64,000 bases of DNA from Hyaloraphidium curvatum SAG 235-1 (GCA_025558095.1 JAIVFI010000028.1:543113-607112); one strand, 5' to 3'; positions 36,868 through 49,294 are shown, counted from the stretch's first letter. A program made the numbers and translations. Notes: generated from the letters alone by a model not told the origin.

Positions 36868-37515
36868 ATTTGGACCAAGTGAAGGACGGGCTGGAGACAT
36901 GGTCGAGGACAGTGAGGCGCCGACAGTGAGGCGCCGATTGGAAAGAAACGTTCGCCGGACGAGGGGCGTAGATGCCTAGGAGGCGCCGCCCGGGGGAAGG
37001 TCAGAGTTGTATACCACGGATGAGATGAACTTGCTGCTATCTGACTGGACACCTCGCCCAAAAGCCTCTTATTCACCTCGCCGCCAGTGTCCCAGTGCCC
37101 GTTCCCTCCATATAGTCCCATGTGCCTTGCAATGCCGAACGTTCCAGTCCCGAAGACCATGGTGGCGTCAACGGCATGGCCGGTCCGAGCGGTAGCCAAG
37201 ACACGACACCGTCCAAGAACGACCGCGGAGACGAGGGTTGACGGCGCGCGGCACGACGAAAGTGCCATTGCGTTGGAAATTGCTGGTCCTCGGCCAATTT
37301 GGCGAGCACAGGGACCAGCGGGGCCTTTCGGGTTCTGGCGAACTCCGATTCCGCCGTCCCGCCCGCGCGCCACACGGGCCTTCCGCATCCCCGCCGCATC
37401 TCCAAACACGCCGGCGGGGAGGCCATAAAGCCCGTGAGCTGCCCGGTCGTCGCCCAACCGACCCAGCACCGACCCCAAGAAGCCGAAAGACCCCATCGTC
37501 CAGCTGCCCGCCGCC

Positions 37516-38511
37516 ATGCCCTCCCCCGTCGGTCCATCCACCGCAACGCCGCGCCGCTTCGTGACCTCCGACGAGTGGTTCGCCGGCGGCCTCCGCATCC
37601 CCTACGACCCCGTCACCCGCGCCGTTCCCTCCCACCCCACACCGGGCGCCGTGCAGGCGTGGATCCGGCTCTCCCCCGCCGCCTCGACCGCCGCACTGGG
37701 GGCAAGGTGGACGACCCTCCTCGGCGGCTACCCGGTCGGCTCGTACGACTACGCCCAGGCAGAGCCGCTGCTCGAGAAGGCATTGCCGGGCGTCCCCAAG
37801 GTCTTTGTGGAGTTCCTCGGGATGGGCGGGTCCGATCCCGCGCCGGGCGGGTACGCCTACGGGATCGCGGAGCGGGCCGACCTCGTGCGCGCGGTGTGGG
37901 CGCACCTCGGCATCCGGCGCACTTCCGTGGTGGCGTTCGATTTTTCGACGCTGTCGGTGATGGAGCTGCTCAACCGGCAGGAGCACGGCGGCCGGGGGAC
38001 GGAGATCGATGCGGTGTTCGGGGCCAACGGGGGTTGGTTCACCGACGCGCACACCCACCCGATCATGACCACCCCGGTTCTCAACTCCGCCTTGGGGGGC
38101 GGGATGGTCTGGGCCACGGGCAAGAGCTTCGGGCTCTTCAAGTTCGTGTGGAACAGGATCGCGAAGGTGACGGAAAAGCCCCTGCCGGACGAGCAGCTGA
38201 GGAGCTACAGGGACGCGATCGCGCGGAGCGGGGGAGGAGCGTTCCTCCACCTCGGCTCCGGCTTCGTCGACGAACACAAGGCCGGAGGGGCCCGCTGGGA
38301 CTTTGCGCGGGTGTTTGCCGAGCACGGGGGCAAGGTGCGGTTCACTGTTGCGGGGAGCGAGAAGGACCCGTACGAGCCGCGGCAGGTGGATGCGGCGGAG
38401 AGCAGGTTGGCGAAGAGGGGTGTGGCGATAAGGAGGTTCCCGGGGGGGCATTCGGTGCCGTGCGAGCATCCGGAGCTGTTTGTGAAGGCGGTGGTCGAGG
38501 CGACCGCGTGA
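37516..38511 (+). CDS. Alpha/beta hydrolase (MEST/epoxide-hydrolase-like), single exon
   Basis: GYPVGSYDY, EFLGMGGSD, nucleophile elbow AFDFS, acid DP, GGHS catalytic His. Confidence 0.85.
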   Translation: MPSPVGPSTATPRRFVTSDEWFAGGLRIPYDPVTRAVPSHPTPGAVQAWIRLSPAASTAALGARWTTLLGGYPVGSYDYAQAEPLLEKALPGVPKVFVEFLGMGGSDPAPGGYAYGIAERADLVRAVWAHLGIRRTSVVAFDFSTLSVMELLNRQEHGGRGTEIDAVFGANGGWFTDAHTHPIMTTPVLNSALGGGMVWATGKSFGLFKFVWNRIAKVTEKPLPDEQLRSYRDAIARSGGGAFLHLGSGFVDEHKAGGARWDFARVFAEHGGKVRFTVAGSEKDPYEPRQVDAAESRLAKRGVAIRRFPGGHSVPCEHPELFVKAVVEATA

Positions 38512-38839
38512 TCGCGATGGAGGACCAAGGGCAAAAACGGCAAAGTCAGGGAGGAAAAACGGCAGATGCTGCTTCATGCACATGTTATAGCTCAGTGCGT
38601 GCAACGGAGAGCGAACCTCCTTGCGCCCACCACGGGCCTGTAGTCCCAGTCCAAGGCACCCATACCGATCCCATGCCGCGGATCTGCACTAGCCCGATCA
38701 TCTATCGATCGACGCAGGCTCCCGGGAGGATGACCCGCAGAACCTGCGGCGGATGAATTCCGGGCAGACTTGCGGAGGCTCCGGCCGGTCCCGCTTTCCT
38801 TTCCAACCACACCCGTTGACCACACCCCGTTGGGGAGCC

Positions 38840-39982
38840 ATGGCCACCCTCTCGCACCTGCCCGCGCTCTTCCTCGTGCTCCTCGACGCATCGTTCGCGT
38901 TCCTCACGCGATCCCGCGCGCGGCGCATCGCCCGCATCCCGCGGGGCACCTCGGACGCCACCCTGCGGATCGTCGTTCCGGCGCGCGACGAGGCCGCCAA
39001 CATCGCCGACTGCGTCGAAAGCGCGCTCGCCCAGCGTGTGGCGACACGGGTCGTTGTCGTCGATGACGGCTCGACGGACGGGACGGGCGGTATTGCACGG
39101 GAAGCGGCCGCGGGAGACCCGCGCCTCTCCGTGCTCCGGCTGGAGGGCCCGCCCGAGGGTTGGGCCGGCAAGGCGCACGCTCTACACTGCGGCTCTCAGG
39201 ACGCGACGGAAGACTGGCTGCTCTTTCTGGACGCGGACTGCCGGCTGGGCGACGGCGCCGCCGAGGCCGCCGTCGCCCTTGCGCTGCGGGAAGGCGTCGA
39301 CATGGTCTCGATGGGCGCGTCGCTGAGCGTCCCCTCGATCGCCTGGCCGACGGTGACCCCCGTGGGTCTGCAGCTGATCCTCGGCTCGTACGAGCCCGAC
39401 CCCCCCGCCGGCAGCGACAAGGCGCTGGCGGTGGGCCACTTCATCCTCGTCCGCCGGGCCGCCTACGAGGCCGCGGGCACATACGCCGCCATACGCTCCA
39501 CACGCGCCGACGACGTCGACCTCGCCTCGCTCGTGTGCCGCTCCGGCTCGCGCACGCGGTTCGCGTGGGGCGGGGACCACCTGCGGAGCGCGCAGCAGGC
39601 GACCTGGGGGGAGCTCTGGGCCAGCTGGCGAAAGAGCCTGCACGCGGGGACGCAGGGCAGCGCGGGGCAGCTGCTGTCGGGGGGCGCCTTCTTCCTCGCC
39701 TGGGGCGCGGGGCCGTTCGCCTGTGTCGCGATGGGGTTGCGCGGCAAGGACGCGGTGCTGGCGGGGCTCGGCGCGGCCAGCCTGGCGATCCAGGTGTGGG
39801 GCAAGGCCGCGTGCGATGCGGGGATGCGGCTGCCGTGGTACTGGTGCTTCGCCGCTCCCGTCGCGAGGATCGCGCTGGGCGGCATGATGGTAGACGCAGG
39901 GCTGCGGGCGCTCGCCGGCTCTGCAAGCACGTGGAAGGGCCGCTCGGTGGAGAGCCAAACGCAGACAACCAAGCAGGAGTGA
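38840..39982 (+). CDS. GT2 glycosyltransferase, carotenoid/hopanoid glycosyltransferase-like, with C-terminal TM helices
   Basis: IVVPARDE, VDDGSTDGT, PPEGWAGKAHAL, LLFLDAD, DDVDLA. Confidence 0.85.
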   Translation: MATLSHLPALFLVLLDASFAFLTRSRARRIARIPRGTSDATLRIVVPARDEAANIADCVESALAQRVATRVVVVDDGSTDGTGGIAREAAAGDPRLSVLRLEGPPEGWAGKAHALHCGSQDATEDWLLFLDADCRLGDGAAEAAVALALREGVDMVSMGASLSVPSIAWPTVTPVGLQLILGSYEPDPPAGSDKALAVGHFILVRRAAYEAAGTYAAIRSTRADDVDLASLVCRSGSRTRFAWGGDHLRSAQQATWGELWASWRKSLHAGTQGSAGQLLSGGAFFLAWGAGPFACVAMGLRGKDAVLAGLGAASLAIQVWGKAACDAGMRLPWYWCFAAPVARIALGGMMVDAGLRALAGSASTWKGRSVESQTQTTKQE

Positions 39983-40076
39983 AAGCATATACTCTAGATA
40001 GCCATCAGATCAGCGTTCAACAATACCCATACCCTGCCACCCGCGTCCCAGGTCGGTCTGCGCTAGACCGTCCGCG

Positions 40077-43000
40077 TCACTTGGGCGGCACCAGCTTCTC
40101 CAGCAGCTCCACGAGCTGCTGCGCGTTCAGCGGCTTGGAGAGGAACGAGTCCATCCCGGCTTCCTCGCAGTCCTGGCGGTGCTTCTCCATCGCGTGGGCT
40201 GGAAGCGGGGGAGGTCAGCCGATCGGGCGGGGAGGGAGGAAAGCAGACCCACCCGTGAGGGCCACGATGGGGATGTGCCGTCCAGCCGCGGCGGATCCTA
40301 GCTCGGCACGTCTCTGGCGTTCCGCTGCCCGGATCACTTTCGATGCCTCGACGCCCGACTGCCGGAACGCAGCAGCAAGTCAGCACCCGATCGACAACGC
40401 CCCGGCATCGAGGCCACCCACCATCTCGGGCATCTCCAAATCCATCAGAATCACGTCGAACGGCTGCCCCGCCCCCCCTCCCGGCACCGTCCCCCTCCAC
40501 GCGTCGACCGCCTGCTTCCCCGTCTCGGCCACGGTGGGCGCATGCCCCGCCTTCTCCAGGATCCTCACGCACAGCCGGATGTTGACCGGGTTGTCCTCCG
40601 CCAGGAGCACCCGCAGCGGCCTTTCCGAACGCGGGATCACGGGGCCCGTGATCCGCGCGGGGCCGGGGTCGGGGGCAGCGGTCTCGACGTAGCCCGAGAG
40701 GCGGCCGGTGGAGGAGAGCGCGTCGATGAAACCCGAGGAGAGGTGGCGCGAGGCGGTGGCGTCGATGAAGCCCGTGGTGGGAGAGTTGGGGGAGGTGGGA
40801 TCCGTGCCCGCCCCGGGGATGCCGAGGGAGGCTGCGGGTTCGGGCTCCCCGGCGGGGACGGTGCCGTTGGCGGCCGCCTCGCGGCCTTCGCCGGGCGGAG
40901 GTTTCGCCGCCGCCTGTTCGTCCATCGGCACCGCCCCGATTCCGGCCGGGATCGCCTGGGCGGGCTGCGCGGCCGCTGGATCTGCCTGCCGCGGGCCCGC
41001 CAACCCCGGCGACGGCACCGCCGACGGCGACCCCCTCGGCGTGTCCCTCCTGAACGTCAGCGCCGGAGTCTGGTTGAACGCCAGCTGCATCGCCGGGGAC
41101 ATGAGGTCCCCTAGCCGCGCGGTGAAGTGGAACGAGGACCCGGCGCCGACGGCCGAGTGGCCGATCCACATGTTGCCCCCCATCAGCGTGACGAGGCGCT
41201 TGGAGATGGCGAGGCCCAGGCCGGTGCCACCGAAGGAGCGGGTGATGCTCTGGTCGGCCTGCACAAGGGGGGATCAGCAACGAGGGAGGCGGAAACCTCG
41301 CAGGCCCGTGGGCGCGCCCACCTGGGTGAAAGGGTCGAAGATGCTCCTCTGCATCGCCTCCGCGATCCCCACCCCCGTATCCGTGACCGCGAAGTGCGCC
41401 ACGAAATGGCTCCGCTCCCCCAGCTCCGCCAGCCTCCCCGGCGTCCCCCCGCCGCCCGTGGGCGTGCCCGGCTCCCCGCCCGGCGCGGGGCCCGCCCACC
41501 GCCCGACCTCCACGCGGATCCCGCCCTTCTTGGTGAACTTGAGCGCGTTCCCGACCAGGTTGGTGAGCACCTGGCCCAGGCGGACGGGGTCGCCGACGAC
41601 CTTGGCCGGCACGTCCGGCGACACCGAGACCTCGAGGTACAGGCCCTGCTGCCGCGCGCGCCCGACGCAGGGGCGCACGACGCGGTCGATGCAGTCCTCG
41701 CGGAGGGAAAACGGGATGGTCTCGAGGACGAGCTTGCCCGACTCGACCCGCGAGAAGTCTGCAGCCCCGAGCGCACGTGAGATGGGCGGCGCCGCGGGGC
41801 GGGCCGGGGGGACCCACCGAGGATGTCGTTGACGATCGACAGAAGGTTCTGCGACGAGTACTTGACCGTCTCGATGTACTCCTGCTGCTCAGGCGTCAAC
41901 GGCGTCCCGAGCGCCAGGTCCGTCATGCCGATGATGCCGTTCATCGGCGTCCTGATCTCGTGGGACACTGCACGAAGACGGCGTCAGCCCCTGCACCGAT
42001 GTCGCGGCCGGCGCGCCAACCCACTGGTCGCCAGGAACTCGCTCTTTGCCGCGCTCGCCCTGTCGGCCCTCCTCGCCATCTCCTCCGCGTGCGCCTTGGC
42101 CTCCGCCAGCGCGGCCCTCTGCCGCCTCCCCACCACCCTCGTCCGCTCGCCCGCCTTGAGCGCCGCCCTCCGCGCGTGCAGGAGGGCAAAGGACATGCAG
42201 GTGGTCATGCCCAGGGCGACGGCGTAGTGGGACCACTCCTCGTCCCCCGTCCGCTTCCGCGCGACGGCGAGGAAGGAGACCCAGCACGTGAGCACGTACC
42301 CGCTGGTCCATCGGGCGTCGTAGAAGGAGCACCCAGCGGCGAGGATGACGATCAGGATGTTGGTCGATTGGCGGAGGTCCGTGGCGAGGGAAAAGTGCGC
42401 GGCGCCGTTGCCGAGGCAGACGAGGCCGGCGAAAAAGAGGAGGGGGTTGGCCAGCCACAGCGGGGGGAAGTAGTCGTCGTCGTCGAACTCGCCGTCCGGG
42501 GGCGCGGGCGTGTCGGGTGGGAGATTCAGGCGGGCGGCGCGGCGGGCGTCCATCTCGGCGGCGGAGGAGGCGAGGAAGCGCCAGATCATGAAGCCGATCA
42601 GCGACGAGGCGAGGGCAAAGGCCACCATGAAGTCGCGCATGGGGGGGTTGTCGGCCAGGACGACCACGTGCAGCACCGTGATGCCGAGGTAGACGTAGCC
42701 AATCATCTTGCAGAGGGTGGGGAGGAAGACGAAGATGGCGCGGTTGCCGGCGCCGGCAATGTCGAGCTCCGAGTCGTCGACGGGGCAGTCGAAGCCCTCG
42801 TCGAGGGTCAGGCGCGGCGGGGTGCCGGAACCGCCGGGCACGCGCAGCGACTCGGTCCGCTTCAGGGGGGCGCCGCCGAGCGACGACGAGCTGGTTCGTG
42901 GGAGGGACGGCGGCGTCGGCAGCGCGTGCGAGGGGGCGGCCGCGGGGGCCGGCGGAGACAGCGGCATCTGCGGGGGCGAATCCGGGCCCGGCGCCGCCTT

Positions 43001-44227
43001 GTCACCCTTGGACGGTGCGCCATCATCGGCCGGCCGCTGCGGCTCCACCTGGCCCCCGTCCTTCAGCCTGGCCCAGCTCTCGAACGGGTCCTCCCCCGTG
43101 CCGTGGGAGCTCCCGGTCCAGCCGTTCCCCGCCGGAGGGGGCGTCCGGCCCGACATCTCGGCGGTGCGGGCGGTGATTGTCCGCGCCAGGTGGGAAAAGT
43201 AGCTCTCGACGTCCAAGCTGTCCGACACGCTGCGGGTCAGCGCGATGCGCCGGCGCTCTGCGATGCCGGCTGCCGCGGTGGTTGGAGAGGGCGGCTCTCC
43301 GGGTTCGTCGTGGGGTGGATCGCCGTCGACCTGCCCGGGCCCGGCAGCACCCTCCTTGCCGCGGAGCTTTAAGGGCAGCGCGTCCCCGGCGATGTCCAGC
43401 ATGTCCATCAGCGAGCCCTCCCCCTCGAGGTCCGCCGTCTCGCCGCCCAGGAAGCGCAGCAGGAACTCGGTCTTCATCTTGTTGGCGACCTCGGCCTCCT
43501 CGCGGGCCTTGACCGCCTCGAGCCGCTCCTTCTCGAACTCGCCGCGCAGCGAGTCGATGGCAAAGGCGATCATCAGGGCGGCGGCCACGTACGACACGGC
43601 AAAGTCGACCACGCGGCCGGCGCGCTCCGCCGTGCTCTGGCACAGGGCCAGGTTGGACAGCGAGCCGTCCGCGGGCGCGGGGCCGCCGGCGAACGAGCCG
43701 GGCGAGGCGAGCTCCCACGCCGCCAGCGCGGCGAACGCGGCGGCGACGAACGAGAAGATGAGCCACGTGCGGCCGGTGATAATGGAGGCGAACACGGCGG
43801 CGGCGGTGAAGAAGGGCGTGTTGCCCGAGAAGGCGCCCTTCTCGAGGAAGCCGAGCGACGCGAGCACCATCACGCCACCGAACAGCGCGTTGGTGACTGT
43901 GCGCGGCGCGCCGTAGTTTGCGACGTGGTAGTACGCGTAGCTCTGGCAGCCGCACCACGCGGCCAGCGCGGCGACCCACGGCAGCGGCGACCGCATCGCG
44001 AGGTTCCAGATGAGCGCCGCCGCCGCGCCGACGTTGCCCGTCAGCAACCCGTATCGCAGCAGCCGCGTCTCGAGCCGGTCGACATCGGGCGCGCCGGCGG
44101 CGGTCCCCGAACGGGCCACCCGGGGCCCGGCGCCCCCGCCCGTCCCCACCCGTGCTGCCCCGTCCGCCGGCCCCCCCGGCGGCGCATCGCCCTTGCCGAC
44201 CGGCGGCTTGGCGTCCGCGGCGGCCAT
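40077..44227 (-). CDS. Membrane-bound hybrid histidine kinase (TM sensors-HisKA-HATPase-REC), multi-exon
   Basis: [67 protein letters not shown]. Confidence 0.93.
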
Positions 44228-44690
44228 CGTCCCGCCTACGGACCCCAGTCGGCCGGCCGTGTGCGGGCGGTGATTGGCTGCGCCCGGTCTGGAGGGATCG
44301 GAGACGAAAGTCAGCGCCCCCGAAAACGGCCAGGGCCCTCGAAGGTCAGCGACGCCAGGGAACTAAGGAGACGACGAACGGCATTGATTTCAATCAGAGA
44401 GACACGGGATTCGTTGTCTGATCGGCAGACCGCCTTGATTCCCGGTCTTGCCATCTCGACGATCCGTCGACCGGTTGACCATTACTCCTAGCTCAAATGA
44501 TTTTATTGAAGACGCCATAATCCGCATCCGAAGTATCAATATTGCTTTCAATCTCCACTGTCGCCTTTCAAAGGCACCCGGGAGATCGGCGAGGTCGCGG
44601 CGGCCGCACCGGCACATCCACGATCCGCCCGCCCGACACATAAACCCCGCCCCTCCGGGAGGCATCGCGGCGCCGCAACACTTTCCAACG

Positions 44691-45479
44691 ATGCCTCCTT
44701 CGCTCGCAAACACCGTCGCAGTCGTCACGGGCGGAGCGAACGGAATCGGGCTGGCCTGCGCCCGCGAGTATGCCCTCCTCGGCGCGGACATCGTGCTGGG
44801 AGACGTCGACGCCGCCGCCCTCGCCAAAGCCAAGGAATCCCTCCTCTCCACCGGCCGCCGCGTCGACACCGTCGTCTGCGACGTGACGTCGGACGCGGAC
44901 AACGCCAGACTGGCCGAAGCCGCCCTCCGCCTCGGCCCCGTCGGCGTCCTCATGCTCAACGCCGGGATTTCTTCGGGCGGCCGGCTCGAGCTGGTCCCCA
45001 CCGCGCAGTGGGAGAAGCTCCTGGCCGTCAACGTGCTCGGCGTCGTCCGCGGGTTGTCGGCCTTCTTCCCGCACCTCAAGCCCGGCGCGCACGTGGTGAT
45101 CACGGGCAGCTCCTCGAGCTTCGACTGCGCGCCGGACGGCATGGACGCGCCCTACGTCTCCTCCAAGCACGCCGTCCTCGGTCTGGTCAAGGGGTACGCG
45201 GCCTACCTTTCCCGGCGCGGCGTGGGCGTGCAGATGCTCGCGCCCAAGATGACCGACACCGCCTTCCCCCGCAGCACCGTCGCGTGGGGCGCGAGGGGGC
45301 CGAGGGTGGCCAAGGACAGGGAGGTGCCCGCGGACGCGGACACGGCGGAGGAGGTGGCGAGGATCATGGCGCGCAACCTGGGGAACGGGCGGATGGTGGT
45401 GAGCGCGGATCCGGGGTTGCCGGGGAAGCTGGAGACGTTCGCGAGGGAGAACATAACGGCGGTGAATCCGAAGCTGTAA
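44691..45479 (+). CDS. Short-chain dehydrogenase/reductase; ends PKL
   Basis: TGGANGIG, LNAG, YVSSK catalytic motif. Confidence 0.92.
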   Translation: MPPSLANTVAVVTGGANGIGLACAREYALLGADIVLGDVDAAALAKAKESLLSTGRRVDTVVCDVTSDADNARLAEAALRLGPVGVLMLNAGISSGGRLELVPTAQWEKLLAVNVLGVVRGLSAFFPHLKPGAHVVITGSSSSFDCAPDGMDAPYVSSKHAVLGLVKGYAAYLSRRGVGVQMLAPKMTDTAFPRSTVAWGARGPRVAKDREVPADADTAEEVARIMARNLGNGRMVVSADPGLPGKLETFARENITAVNPKL

Positions 45480-45489
45480 TCGTTGGCGT

Positions 45490-46263
45490 TCAATCTTCGA
45501 GGACAAGCCGGTCGCCGACCCGTAGCACGCCCTCGCCCCTGTCCACGACCCTCGTCAGCACCCCGAGCCGGAAGTACCCGTCCTCGAACTGCCCCGCCGG
45601 CGAACCCGCCGGCATCGTCCTCCTCCGCCCCTCCACGAACCGCCTCTGGAACCCGGCGATCATCTCCCCCGTCGCCGGATCCCGCGCCGGCACCCCGCAC
45701 CGCACGCAGATGCCCGTGCCCTCGAAGGCGACCGGGCCGATCCGGAAACTGCCGGGCGCGCCCTCGCGCGGGCCCGCGAGGCGGTCCTCGAAGAACGCCG
45801 GCACCCCGTCGACCTCGAGGTTGGCCCGGAACCTTGCACGCGCCTCGTCGAGCGACAGGCCGAACCACGAGCCGACGGCCTCGAGGGAGGCGGTGGAAAC
45901 GACCGTGGGGCCCGGGGACTCCTCGTCGTCGGGGAAGCCCCGGTCCGCGTCCTCCTCCACGCGTACGGGGTACCCCAGCGCGCGGGAAAAGTGCCCCGCG
46001 ATGCCGTCCAGGTCCGAAAGCGCGTACGAGACCTCCTCCCCGTCCTCGGAACGTAGCACAACGCGGTCCAAACCCCCCGCGAACCGCGCGCGGGAACTTA
46101 TGACCCGCGGCTCGCGCTTCCCGTTCACGAACCGGCCCTTGGCGTCGACGAGGGCCAGCCGGCGGTCCCATGCCAGGGCACCAGAGGGGAGAACGGGGGA
46201 GGAGGGGAGGGAGAGCGCGGGGAGCGATTTGATGGGGTGGACGGAGATGCGAGCGAGGTGCAT
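45490..46263 (-). CDS. MOSC domain protein
   Basis: HPIKSL, WDRRLAL, RFRANL, CVRC, GVLRVGD. Confidence 0.88.
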   Translation of the reverse strand: MHLARISVHPIKSLPALSLPSSPVLPSGALAWDRRLALVDAKGRFVNGKREPRVISSRARFAGGLDRVVLRSEDGEEVSYALSDLDGIAGHFSRALGYPVRVEEDADRGFPDDEESPGPTVVSTASLEAVGSWFGLSLDEARARFRANLEVDGVPAFFEDRLAGPREGAPGSFRIGPVAFEGTGICVRCGVPARDPATGEMIAGFQRRFVEGRRRTMPAGSPAGQFEDGYFRLGVLTRVVDRGEGVLRVGDRLVLED

Positions 46264-46446
46264 CCGGGTGGAGGGGTCCGGAGGGGGATCCAACAAAAGC
46301 AGACGCGTTCTCCCGTCACGAAAGAAGTGTTTGCACGCGTCGATCGGCCATTCCGAGGCCGCCCCGGGAAGTTGTTTGGACGCGCGTCGCGCTTTGTCTC
46401 CCTTCTTTTCCCGAACTTGGCCACCGACCCACCCACAAACGCAACC

Positions 46447-47782
46447 ATGTCCCTCCCGACGACGATGCGCGCCGCGGTCATGCGCGGCCAGAACAGCAAG
46501 CTGACGATCGAGGAGCTGCCGCTGCCGGCCGTCGGCGACGACGAGCTGCTCATGAAGGTCGGACCCGCCGCCGGCCTGGCAACGTCGGGCGCTGACCGGC
46601 GGCCAATCTGTCCTCCAGGTCGAAGCCTGCGGCATCTGCCACACCGTGGGTTCATGTTTGGCCGTTGCCGACCGCCGGCGGACGGGATGGACCTCCCTGC
46701 CGCTCCCCCGACGTCGTGCAAGCGGCCCCTTCAAACACCGACGCTGACCGCCCTTCCCCACAGGACGCCCTCCTCAACCAGGTGCTCCCCCTCCCCGCCG
46801 AAGTCCCTCACTTGTTAGGCCACGAGGGCGCCGGCACCGTCGCCGCGGTCGGCAAGAACGTCACCGGGTGGTCCGTGGGCGACCGGATCCTCTCCCCCAT
46901 GCACTCGGGGAGCTGCGGCGAATGCGGGTACTGCACGCGCGGGATCCCGACCCAGTGCGCAAAGAAGATCTGGCACGCCATCTCCAAGCCCGGGTTCTTT
47001 GCCGAGTACGCCGCCGTCAACCCGGCCAACTCGGTCAGGATCCCCGACGGCGTGAGCTTCGAGCAGGCCGGGCCCATCGGGTGCGCGGGGGTGACGGTGC
47101 ACTCGGGGCTGCGCAAGTGCGGGGCCAAGCCGGGGGAGCTGGTGGGAATCTCGGGTGCGGGAGGGCTGGGGCAGCTCGCGGTGCAGATCGCCAAGTCGAT
47201 GGGGATGACGGTCGGTCGCGCCTGGCCGGTGCCCCGGGGAGAGTCGGCTCACGCTCGGCGCGTTCGTGCAGGTGGTCGCGATCGACGTGGACGACGAGAA
47301 GCTCGAGACGGCAAAGAAGCTCGGAGCCACCCATGCGGTCAACGCCAAGGACCCCGACCTCCCCGCCGCGCTGCGCGCCCTCCCCGGGTGCGAGGAGGGG
47401 CTGCAGGCCCTGCTCGTTGTGACCAACGCCAACCCGGCGTTCGAGGTGGCGCCCAAGCTGCTCCGCGGCGGCGGGACGGCGGTGTTCATCGGCGTGCCGA
47501 GCGCCGAGATGAAGCTGGACCCGTACATGGTGCTCAACAAGGAGATCAGGGTCATGGGGTCGTTCCTGGGCAACGTCGAGGTGGGTTTCCCGGCCGGCCG
47601 CCGGCAGCCGGACCGCGCTGACGCTCGGTGTGCAGGACGCGGCCGCGGCGCTCAAGCTCATCGCCGAGGGCAAGATCAAGCCCCTCACCACGCCGTGCGC
47701 GCTCGAGGACATCAACGACGTGTTCCACAAGATGGACCACGGCAGGATCGCGGACCGGTTCGTAGTGACCAAGTTCCGTTAG
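46447..47782 (+). CDS. Zinc-dependent alcohol dehydrogenase (MDR), 4 introns
   Basis: CGICHTD, LGHEGAG, CGECGYC...C, CAGVT, GAGGLG. Confidence 0.93.
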
Positions 47783-47826
47783 GTGGCGAACCGACAGCGG
47801 GGATCGGCGGGAGGGCTATGAACAGG

Positions 47827-48534
47827 CTACATGTGTGGGCTATTCCGGCGTTCGCGAGAACATGCTTCGCTATCTAGGGACGCAGTCGGCTCCGCCATGT
47901 CCGCGTCGAAAGAGGGGTCCGTCAAAGGGGGAAGGGGCGGGGCGGCGGCGGGCGGCCGCTGGAGCCCGACCGCCGGCGAGGAGGGAGACCCGCCCGTTCC
48001 GCCTTCCAAAAGCTGTCCAAGGTCCGATGTCGTCACCCTCCGCGCCACGGGACGGGCGAGGTCGGCGGTCGTGAGTAATGCGACGTCGGCCCCGAGCCGC
48101 TCCACGTCTGCCGGCAGTTTGGCCCCCTGCAGCGCCCTGCTCCGCCGCTGCGCCTCGAGCACGCCGACGGTCGCCCTCCGCCTGTCCTCCCCTCGCAGGT
48201 TCGGCAGCGTGCGGCTGCGCATGCCCGGGTCGGCGCGGCCGAGCCCGAACGGCTCCGACGCGCGCCTGTTGCCGCCCCAGCCCTCGCCGTCCGAGTCCGA
48301 GTCCATGTCGTCGTCCTCGCGGCCCCACAGCGTGGCCGACGAGCGCCGCCGCTCGACGAGGCCGCTTGCGGCGGTGACCGCGGTCCAGTCCGTGCTCGCG
48401 CTGCCGCCGCTGCCCGCGCGCCCCTGCTTCGTCCAGCCGCCGGGCCCCGCGGGCAGCCGCAGCACCGCCATGCCCAGCCCGTCCTCGCGGCTCGCCAGGC
48501 CCGCCGGCGGCGCGACGAACTCGGGGCGCTGCAT
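47827..48534 (-). CDS. Hypothetical disordered protein rich in RRxS/T sites (possible distant relative of the PP1-docking family)
   Basis: RRSS, DSDSD, RRASEP, RSRTLP, RRAT; lacks a clear RVxF motif. Confidence 0.5.
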   Translation of the reverse strand: MQRPEFVAPPAGLASREDGLGMAVLRLPAGPGGWTKQGRAGSGGSASTDWTAVTAASGLVERRRSSATLWGREDDDMDSDSDGEGWGGNRRASEPFGLGRADPGMRSRTLPNLRGEDRRRATVGVLEAQRRSRALQGAKLPADVERLGADVALLTTADLARPVARRVTTSDLGQLLEGGTGGSPSSPAVGLQRPPAAAPPLPPLTDPSFDADMAEPTASLDSEACSRERRNSPHM

Positions 48535-49294
48535 TGCAAGGCCGCGGGATGGTGGGTGGCGGAGGCTGTGCACACGAAGCCAAAACACGGAGACCCACTC
48601 CGCTTTGCCGGCGCCCGGCCGCGGCGTTGCGGGGCGGAAAACGGGGCTCGGTGGGGCCTGTGGCACGATCCGGGGGCTGGGGTTGCGGTCAGTCGCCGTT
48701 TGGTGTGTGGTCTGCGGTCGAGCGATCGTCGGGCTCCGCACCCGGGATCGGCGTGCCTGATGCCGCGACCCGGCGCGTGGGAGCCCGCCCCTGCAACCGT
48801 CTGCGCAAAACAGGTATGGATTGGTCAAGGAAAGCATCCCCGATGCACCTCGCCCGGCGTGGCTCGGGGTTCCCCGTCCGGGGACGGGATCCAGACCCGG
48901 GGACTCGAGGCGGTTGCGGCGAGGCGGACTGCCGCCCGAACCGGAAGCGAGCGTCGTATCTGGAGCTGAACGGATGAAAGGATGGCTGGGAAGGACTGTC
49001 TCTCGACGCGGCGAGCAGCACACTTGGTGTCTGACGGCCGCACCCTGCGTGCCCGCGCGCCGACGCCGCCGCCGACGCGTCATGCCCCGCGCTCCCGCCG
49101 CCGTCCGTCCCCGCGTCCTTGCGCATCTGGTCCTCGTACGTCCAAACCGCCTGGCGCCGAGAGGATGCTATGCGCTTGAAGGACCTCCGGGAGCTGCTGG
49201 ACCGTATTATGTGCAGCATGGCCGCGAAAAAGCCAAAGACGGCCAGGCCCCGACGCGCACACGGCCTTGCCGCCAACGCTGCAATCCGCCGAGC

